A DNA stretch of 64,000 nucleotides from an uncultured virus (IMG/VR IMGVR_UViG_3300015610_000939) (lineage: Duplodnaviria > Heunggongvirae > Uroviricota > Caudoviricetes): IMG/VR virus record IMGVR_UViG_3300015610_000939. The stretch is one strand, 5' to 3'. Positions 57,207 to 64,000 of the stretch are shown piece by piece. Under the pieces are notes generated by a model. It was given only the letters and a program-made list of their open reading frames with translations. It did no database searches and was not told the origin of the DNA. Both the position numbers and the translations under genes were made by a program. Within the stretch, counting starts at the first letter, position 1, and every line of letters starts with the position of its first letter.

Positions 57207-60200
57207 ATGAGCGACCAAATTTTCAAGAGCCCAGGGTTCTACGACCGTGAAATCGACCTCTCTGCCAGGACGGTTGAGCCTTCTGGTATTCCGGCTGCAA
57301 TCGTTGGTACTTCGCAAAAGGGACCAGCTTTTGTGCCAGTTACCCTTGGTTCTTTTGCTGACTTTCAGAGCAAGTTCGGCGACTTGAACCCAAAGTTTGC
57401 TGCCCCATACGCAGTGCAGAAGTGGCTTGACAACCGCTTTGCTGCCACATTTGTTCGTGTTCTTGGTGGTGGAGCCAACTCCACCCAGACCGAGTTCGAC
57501 AACACCAGGACAAAGGGAATTGTCAAGAATGCAGGTTTCTTGATCAGCGGTTCTGCTGTGGGAGCTGGAGACCTTCGTTACAAGGGTTCGACGCAGTTTA
57601 TCGTTGCCAAGCACGTTGTTACGGGAACTGAGGTCTACGGACTTCCAATGTTCTCGGACAACTCGTCCTTCTTCACGACTGGTTCGTCTACGGACGTTTA
57701 CTTGGTTCGTGGAATGGTCTTCACGGCTCACGATACCCGCTTGATGATCATGTCTGCCTCGGACACCTTCTCTGGGGCCCTGGACGACTTTGCAACGCTC
57801 GATTCGGCTTCGACCAGCGCGACCTACAAGAAGTTCAAGCTTGTCCTCTCCTCGTCCTCTGGTTCGTCTTTTGGAAACACTGACGGATACGCTGGCGTGA
57901 GAATCATGACAGCTTCGTTGAACCCAACGAGCCCAGACTACATTGCCAAGATCCTGAACACCGATCCCGAGAAGTTCGAGACAGAGCGCCACGTCCTTTA
58001 CTGCGACTTTGCAGTGGACGACGAGATTGCTACGGTTTCTACTGCATCCAACTGCGTTGGTGTGGTTTCTGGCTCCTCGAACACCTCGGCAAACTCTGGG
58101 GACACTTCCCTGACTCTCAGGGATGCCTTTGGACGCTTTGACACAAGGTTCACGACACCAAAGACGACTTGGTTCATCTCTCAACCTTTCGGGGCAACAG
58201 AGTACAACCTCTTCTACTTTGAGTCCCTGGACGACGGTGCTTACGCCAACCAAAAATACAAGATTTCGATTGCCAACCTGAGAGCTTCGAGCGATCCGAA
58301 GTACCTCTTTGGAACCTTCACTGTCCTTGTTCGTGTCTTTGACGACACGGACATTGAGCCAATGGTGATCGAGCAGTACAACAACGTCAGCCTTGACCCT
58401 GACGCTGACAACTACATCGCCAAGGTCATTGGTGATATCAAGGTTTCCTACGCCTTCGATACCCTCGACCCAGAGGACCGTCGTTTGGTGAAGGAAGGCC
58501 AGAACCCAAACCGCTCGAAGCTCATTCGTGTGGTTATGTCTGACCAAGTCACCAGGAAGACAATTCCAGGAAATGCCCTTCCGTTCGGATTCCGTGGTTT
58601 CGGCTTCCTGAACACATCCCATACTGGAAACGATGGTTTGCCGGTCGGTGGAATCTCCGGTTCCTTCATCCGTCTCGCAGCTTCCGGCACGACAGATGAC
58701 CGTCTGCTCTCGGCAGTGCTTCCTCCACTTCCTTTCCGCTTCAAGGTGACAAGGGGTGAGGTTTCTGCTTCTGCTGGCTTTGAGGGTCAACCTGGAGCCA
58801 ACGAGGTTGTGGACTCCAGGTACTTCTGGGGTGTCAAGGGCGAGCGCAATGTGAACGTCCTGAACCCAAACATCTCGAACGAGCCAAACGCCTTGGTGGG
58901 TGCTTTGACGAAGTTCCATGGAATTGAGAAGCTTGACGTGTTGGTGACCGGCTCCAAGGCTGACACCTTCAACGACAACAAGTTCACGCTTGCCCGTGTG
59001 TGCCTTTCCAACATCACTCTTGCTGATGTTACGGCTTCGGCAGAGACGCACATGAAGGAAACGGCTTACATCCGTAACGGAACGGTTGATCCATCGGATT
59101 ACACCGTTACCGACACAAATGGAGCTCGTGTGACCTTGGCAACCCTTTTGATGAAGGGTTCCACGGCTGCTGTGTTCAACCAGTTCTCGGATTACGCCAA
59201 GTTCACGACTGTGATGGCTGGTGGATTTGATGGAGTCAACATCCTGGACAAGAACGCTGCTCGTTTGAACGACAAGGCTACCTCTACAGAGAGTGGCGGT
59301 GGTGCAAATGGCAGCTTCACGTCCCCAGGATTCTCCTCGAACCTTACGGGAACAGGAAAGACCAACGCCTCGATCTTCTCCTACCAGACAGCAGTGAAGA
59401 TCATCACAGACCCTTTGATCTCCCAGCACAACATTCTGGTGATCCCAGGAATCCGTGAGCCATTCGTCACCGACGATGCTGCTACGAAGACGGCTGAGCA
59501 CACCCTGTCCATGTACATCATGGATATTCCTTACTACGACTTCAATGGAACCCGCATCTTCGATGGAGACAGCGGTCGTTACACTGATTCGGACGAAACC
59601 AAGGATGTGTTCGATGCTCGTGCAATCGACAACGATGCAGTAACCGCAGCCTTCCCAAACACAACGATTGAGGACACAACAAATGGCAGAAATGTCATTG
59701 TTCCAGCCAGCGTTGTGACCTTGTCGGCTTTCGGTTACAACGATAGGGTTGGCTACCCATGGTTTGCTCCTGCCGGATTCAACCGCGCTGCTCTTGGCTT
59801 TGTCAAGGGAACCACAGCAAGGCTAAACCAACCAGAGCGTGATCGTTTGATTGCGGCAAGAATCAACCCAATCGTGAAGTACCCACAAGCTGGTTTCGTG
59901 ATTCCAAGCCAGATGACCCTCAAGCAAGGAAAGTCCTCTTTGACCTCTACGAATGTCAAGAGAATGATCCTTGAGGCCAAGAGGAGCATCGTTGAAATCG
60001 GAAACAAGCTCATGTTCGAGAACATGACAGTCTCCCTCCGCACGGAGCTTGTGAAGCAGTACAACGCTGTTTTGTCGAGCATCCAGGCAAAGGGTGGACT
60101 CCAGGCTTTCGTTGTGATCTGCGACGACAGCAACAACACCCAGGTCGATCTCGACTCCAACCAGATGAACGTTCAAATCCGCTTGCTCCCAACCCTTGCA

Positions 60201-60257
60201 GTTGAGTTCATTGCGCTTGACTTCATCGTTTCGCCAAGTGGCGTTCAGTTCGTCTGA
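57207..60257 (+). CDS. tail sheath protein 1
   Basis: FKSPGFYDREIDLS, GPAFVP, PWFAPAGFNR, RINPI, NVKRM, AVEFIALDF. Confidence 0.93.
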   Translation: MSDQIFKSPGFYDREIDLSARTVEPSGIPAAIVGTSQKGPAFVPVTLGSFADFQSKFGDLNPKFAAPYAVQKWLDNRFAATFVRVLGGGANSTQTEFDNTRTKGIVKNAGFLISGSAVGAGDLRYKGSTQFIVAKHVVTGTEVYGLPMFSDNSSFFTTGSSTDVYLVRGMVFTAHDTRLMIMSASDTFSGALDDFATLDSASTSATYKKFKLVLSSSSGSSFGNTDGYAGVRIMTASLNPTSPDYIAKILNTDPEKFETERHVLYCDFAVDDEIATVSTASNCVGVVSGSSNTSANSGDTSLTLRDAFGRFDTRFTTPKTTWFISQPFGATEYNLFYFESLDDGAYANQKYKISIANLRASSDPKYLFGTFTVLVRVFDDTDIEPMVIEQYNNVSLDPDADNYIAKVIGDIKVSYAFDTLDPEDRRLVKEGQNPNRSKLIRVVMSDQVTRKTIPGNALPFGFRGFGFLNTSHTGNDGLPVGGISGSFIRLAASGTTDDRLLSAVLPPLPFRFKVTRGEVSASAGFEGQPGANEVVDSRYFWGVKGERNVNVLNPNISNEPNALVGALTKFHGIEKLDVLVTGSKADTFNDNKFTLARVCLSNITLADVTASAETHMKETAYIRNGTVDPSDYTVTDTNGARVTLATLLMKGSTAAVFNQFSDYAKFTTVMAGGFDGVNILDKNAARLNDKATSTESGGGANGSFTSPGFSSNLTGTGKTNASIFSYQTAVKIITDPLISQHNILVIPGIREPFVTDDAATKTAEHTLSMYIMDIPYYDFNGTRIFDGDSGRYTDSDETKDVFDARAIDNDAVTAAFPNTTIEDTTNGRNVIVPASVVTLSAFGYNDRVGYPWFAPAGFNRAALGFVKGTTARLNQPERDRLIAARINPIVKYPQAGFVIPSQMTLKQGKSSLTSTNVKRMILEAKRSIVEIGNKLMFENMTVSLRTELVKQYNAVLSSIQAKGGLQAFVVICDDSNNTQVDLDSNQMNVQIRLLPTLAVEFIALDFIVSPSGVQFV

Positions 60258-60325
60258 TAAAACAGGGTAACCTGAACAGCCCACACGGGCATACTTACCG
60301 AATAGCTGTCTAAGGGAAAAGCATC

Positions 60326-63325
60326 ATGGCACAAGGATTTAAGAGCGCTGGCGTAACAACCCGAGAAATCGACCTGACGGGACCAACAGCCAATGAACCA
60401 GTCGGAATTCCTGCTGGAGTGATTGCTCCTGCATCGAAGGGGCCTGCATTTGTGCCAGTGACCCTCCCTGGAATGAAGGACTTTGTGGTGCGCTTCGGAG
60501 CGCCAACGACCACTTTCCGCGCAGGCCCTCTGGCAGCAAATGAGTGGCTCAGGAACGCACAAGCAATTACCTACATGCGTGTCCTCGGCGCTGGTGACGG
60601 CCAGAAGAGAACTTCTTCGGGCAACAACGCTGGCAAGGTGACAAATGCAGGTTTTGTGGTTGGAGATGAGCAGCCACAAGCAACGCTTTCAGGAAACCTT
60701 GGAAGCAACGTCTTTGCAAACACCACAGGACCTCTTGGAAGGACTTACTTCTTGGGAGCATTCATGTCGCAGTCTAACGGCTCGACAGTCTTCACCGATG
60801 CTGGACTCTCTGCGCAGGGAGTTCCTGTCATCCGTGGCGTCCTGATGGCTGCTTCTGGCGTCGTTCTGACTCTTTCAAGCTCCTACAACACTACCTCTAC
60901 AGCTCCGTCTACAACGGCTGCTGCAACGGCTGCAAACATCAAGGGAGCCATCTCTGGAGCTGTGAACCTTGGTTCCGGCAAACAAGAGTTTGTCATGTTC
61001 CTGAATGGACACAAGGCAACGGACTCGGCTTACAGCAACGTGATCACGGCTTCGTTTGATCCTTCTGCTCCGAACTACTTTGCAAAGACCTTCAACAAGG
61101 ACCCACTTCTCCTTGAGCGTGCCGGTTACGTTCTCTACAGCCACCACGACATTCACCCAGCAATCGCTGTTGTTACGGGTTCTGGAATCGTTGTTGCAGC
61201 ATCCGGTGCAGCCGCAGGTAACGGATATCGTGAGCGTTGTGCATTCATCTTGACTGGTTCTCAGACAAGGAATAGCGGAACAACCACGGCTCCAAACTTC
61301 GAAGGATTCGAAGATCGCTTTGCTACAGCCAAGTCGACCTGGGTCATCTCGCAGAAGTTCGGTGGTCGTCCAATCAACCTCTTCCAGGTTTGGGCATCCG
61401 GCGATGGTGAAGAGCCAAATACCAAGCTGAAGATTTCCATCGAGAACATCCAGCCATCGAACTCCGACACAACGCAGTTCGGAACCTTCGACCTCCTTGT
61501 TCGTGACTTCAACGACTCGGACAACAACAAGGTTGTTCTTGAGGCATGGAGAGCTCTGAGCCTCGACGTTGGAAGCCCAAGGTACATCGGCAAGATCATC
61601 GGTGACGCAAGGTTGTTCTACAACTTCGACGCAACCCTTGGGAAGCAGAAGTTGAATCAGACGGGCGATTACCCAATCCGCTCGAAGTACATCCGTGTCC
61701 AGATTTCCGACGACGTGACAAATGGAGAAGCTCCTGAGACAGCCCTTCCAATGGGTTTCAGGGGTTGCCCTCACCTCATCACCTCGGGAACGGCTCCAAT
61801 GCCAGCATTCTCGGATTCGGCTGGTTACAGCTCGTCGAACCCATTCTACAAGCTTGTGCAGCCACCTGTACCATTCCGCTTGGTGTTGACAAGGGGAACT
61901 AGCCCAACTCAGACTTCGGACAAGAACCTCTACTGGGGTGTTCAGTTCGAGCGTCAAGAGTCGGCAACCGATCCAAACTCCAGCTACGTGGCAAACGACT
62001 CTATCAAGTCGTACTCGAAGTATTTCCCAACATTCCAGACTGTTTGGCAAAATGTCCTTGTTTCTGCAAATGAGGGAGTTGCTGACACAGCAGAAAACGG
62101 AATTCTCGATGCTGACAGGTTCAACAACAACCTGTTCACCTTGGAGAACCTGACTGTTCCATACGTTTCCGCAAGCGGAATTGCCGATGGAACCAAGCCG
62201 GAGAACTGGACCTACACCCGTGCTGGTGGAATCGCCACAAACACCACGGCTTTGACCAAGGCCCTGACAGTGTCGGATCTCCTGGACCCAGGAGCCCGTG
62301 CTCTTGCCAAGTTCTCCTTTACCCTTCAGGGTGGCTTTGATGGCGTCCGCATCTTCGATGCAGATGCAGCACAGCTCACAAACAAGGCTCTTGCAGAAGA
62401 GATGACCTACACAGCTCGTGGTTTGTCCTCGGGTCCTACGGTTTCGTCCTTCACCAAGGCTCTGTCGATCATGCAGGATTCGACGGAAGTTGACATCCAG
62501 CTCTTGGCAATGCCTGGAGTTCGTCAGCGCTATGTTACGGACTTGGCAATCCGCTCCGTGGAAGACCGTTTCGACGCTCTTTACCTCATGGACATTGAAG
62601 AGAGGGATATCGACAACCTCGTTGTCTCTGGTTCTTCGCAGCGTGTGAGCGTGAACAACACGATTACGAACTTCTCGGGTCGTGGATTGAACAGCTCGTT
62701 TGCAGCAGCATATTTCCCTGACCTGACCATGAAGGATGGATACAACCGTGATACGGTCCGTGTTCCTCCAACGGTTGGTGTTCTTGGGGCATTCAGCAAG
62801 AACGACGCTGTTGGTTACCCATGGTTCGCTCCTGCCGGTTTCACCAGAGGCGCTCTTGAGTCGTCTGTGGAGCCTGTGGTTCGCCTGTCCAAGGCAAACA
62901 TGGACGCTCTTTACGCCGTCAACATCAACCCAATTGTGTCCTTCCCAGGAAGCACAGGACCGGTTGTGTGGGGCCAGAAGACTGTCCTTGCTCGCCAGAG
63001 CTCCATGGACCGCGTGAACGTTCGTAGGCTCTTGATTGCAGTGCGCCGTGAGGTTCGCAAGGTCGCAAACAAGATGCTCTTCGAGCAGTCCCGTGAGGCC
63101 ACGATCGCAAGGTTCAATCAGCAGGTGACTCCAATCCTGAAGAAGATTCAGGACCAGAGGGGACTTGATGGATTCAAGGTTGCAATTGACACCTCAACCA
63201 CAACCCAGGCCGACTTGGAAAACAAGACGATCAGGGGCAAGGTCTTCATCATTCCGACGAAGACGCTCGAATTCCTCTCGGTGGACTTCGTAATTACCAA
63301 CAGGGGCAACTTTTCCCAAGGATGA
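60326..63325 (+). CDS. tail sheath protein 2
   Basis: FKSAGVTTREIDL, GPAFVP, PWFAPAGFTRG, INPI, WGQKT, RVNVRRL, PTKTLEFL. Confidence 0.95.
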   Translation: MAQGFKSAGVTTREIDLTGPTANEPVGIPAGVIAPASKGPAFVPVTLPGMKDFVVRFGAPTTTFRAGPLAANEWLRNAQAITYMRVLGAGDGQKRTSSGNNAGKVTNAGFVVGDEQPQATLSGNLGSNVFANTTGPLGRTYFLGAFMSQSNGSTVFTDAGLSAQGVPVIRGVLMAASGVVLTLSSSYNTTSTAPSTTAAATAANIKGAISGAVNLGSGKQEFVMFLNGHKATDSAYSNVITASFDPSAPNYFAKTFNKDPLLLERAGYVLYSHHDIHPAIAVVTGSGIVVAASGAAAGNGYRERCAFILTGSQTRNSGTTTAPNFEGFEDRFATAKSTWVISQKFGGRPINLFQVWASGDGEEPNTKLKISIENIQPSNSDTTQFGTFDLLVRDFNDSDNNKVVLEAWRALSLDVGSPRYIGKIIGDARLFYNFDATLGKQKLNQTGDYPIRSKYIRVQISDDVTNGEAPETALPMGFRGCPHLITSGTAPMPAFSDSAGYSSSNPFYKLVQPPVPFRLVLTRGTSPTQTSDKNLYWGVQFERQESATDPNSSYVANDSIKSYSKYFPTFQTVWQNVLVSANEGVADTAENGILDADRFNNNLFTLENLTVPYVSASGIADGTKPENWTYTRAGGIATNTTALTKALTVSDLLDPGARALAKFSFTLQGGFDGVRIFDADAAQLTNKALAEEMTYTARGLSSGPTVSSFTKALSIMQDSTEVDIQLLAMPGVRQRYVTDLAIRSVEDRFDALYLMDIEERDIDNLVVSGSSQRVSVNNTITNFSGRGLNSSFAAAYFPDLTMKDGYNRDTVRVPPTVGVLGAFSKNDAVGYPWFAPAGFTRGALESSVEPVVRLSKANMDALYAVNINPIVSFPGSTGPVVWGQKTVLARQSSMDRVNVRRLLIAVRREVRKVANKMLFEQSREATIARFNQQVTPILKKIQDQRGLDGFKVAIDTSTTTQADLENKTIRGKVFIIPTKTLEFLSVDFVITNRGNFSQG

Positions 63326-63331
63326 TGAGAG

Positions 63332-64000
63332 ATGAGTAGTAAGATCAAGGAAACAAGGCTGCCAGTCCAATTCATTAAGCCCGGAGATATCCGAGCCATG
63401 GTAAATTGGCTTGATTTGCCGCAAAACCACGACGCAGCAGTGAACGCCATTGCTGTTGTCCCTGACTCAAAGCGTGATCGAGCCTTTGTTGACTTCCTTG
63501 CTTCGTCCCCAGCCTTCCAGGGGTGGGAATACAACCAAATTGCACAGGCAGTCGACCAAGCCAACGAAATGGACTTGATGGAGAAGAAAATGAAAAAGAG
63601 CGATCTCAAGAAGCTGGTTTCCGAGGCCGTAAAGGGTGGAATCCAAAAGGCAATCCAAGAAAAGAAGACCGCCCCAAAGGCAAAGATCAGCAAGACAGCA
63701 CTTGCTGAGGCTGTCCGCAAGGTTGTTCGTTCTTCTCTTCAGGAGATGGGTATGCCAGGGGGAGCAATGCCTCCAGCAGGCAAGCCATCGGGTTCCATGA
63801 TGACAGCTCCAACCCAGGAGGGTGTTTTGGACGGTGATCCAAAGAGAAGAAGCTCTTCCTTTGGTCAGCTTCCATCTCCAGAGGAGCTTCAGGCTGCTTT
63901 GGACGCTGATGGTGGTTGGTCGATGACCCTTCGTGGTTCGGACGCCCGTTCGTTCGAAGCTGCAATGGCAAAGGCTGGAATGGATTCGGGCGAAGCAGAG
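63332..64000 (+). CDS. hypothetical protein (3'-partial) with internal leader-like repeats
   Basis: Manual translation is open to the window end; MKKSDLKKLVSEAVKGGIQKAIQE and ISKTALAEAVRKVVRSSLQE. Confidence 0.7.
   Translation, partial: MSSKIKETRLPVQFIKPGDIRAMVNWLDLPQNHDAAVNAIAVVPDSKRDRAFVDFLASSPAFQGWEYNQIAQAVDQANEMDLMEKKMKKSDLKKLVSEAVKGGIQKAIQEKKTAPKAKISKTALAEAVRKVVRSSLQEMGMPGGAMPPAGKPSGSMMTAPTQEGVLDGDPKRRSSSFGQLPSPEELQAALDADGGWSMTLRGSDARSFEAAMAKAGMDSGEAE

Noticed and set aside
57141..59501. 786-aa antisense ORF (also 47651-49258, 45931-47580, 13052-14305, 21893-23326)
   Set aside because: Shadows of well-supported plus-strand genes; scarcity of TTA/CTA/TCA codons on the sense strand leaves the antisense frame open, and the translations show no recognisable motifs
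57207..63325. Extracellular contractile injection system suggested by multiple sheaths
   Set aside because: Portal, protease, capsid and terminase genes show this is a DNA-packaging phage
1..64000. Alternative genetic code (stop-codon reassignment, seen in some huge phages)
   Set aside because: Core genes are full length in code 11, and TAA, TAG and TGA all end genes at sensible positions
1..64000. CRISPR array or long direct repeats
   Set aside because: No regularly spaced repeats seen; intergenic gaps are short

Overview
The window is a segment of a large T4-like (myovirus, probably jumbo/huge) bacteriophage genome read with the standard code. It holds: putative baseplate/virion genes (1-16.5 kb); a DNA-processing block (two TnsA/gp4-like nucleases, RuvC-like resolvase, primase, fused SbcD-SbcC, DenV-like glycosylase, large terminase); an accessory block (deaminase, ATP-grasp protein, tmRNA, tRNA-Ala, HNH, Dps-like protein, GroEL); and the head-neck-tail module (portal, prohead protease, scaffold, major capsid protein, neck, tail terminator, two tandem tail sheaths). 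The most notable observations are: (i) two genes right after the major capsid gene that encode only its C-terminal, A-domain-like part, behind a terminator and with hairpin-masked ribosome-binding sites; (ii) a recurrent (C/A)TANTTA motif before about 20 genes, five times exactly 5 nt before the start codon, suggesting a late promoter and leaderless mRNAs; (iii) a shared N-terminal helix ending in [LIV]-x-E on unrelated proteins, including GNAT-like and kinase-like enzymes, suggesting capsid-packaged cargo; (iv) strong [S/T]-[G/A/S]-S enrichment in virion-type proteins. All product calls come from motif recognition by eye; no database searches were run.
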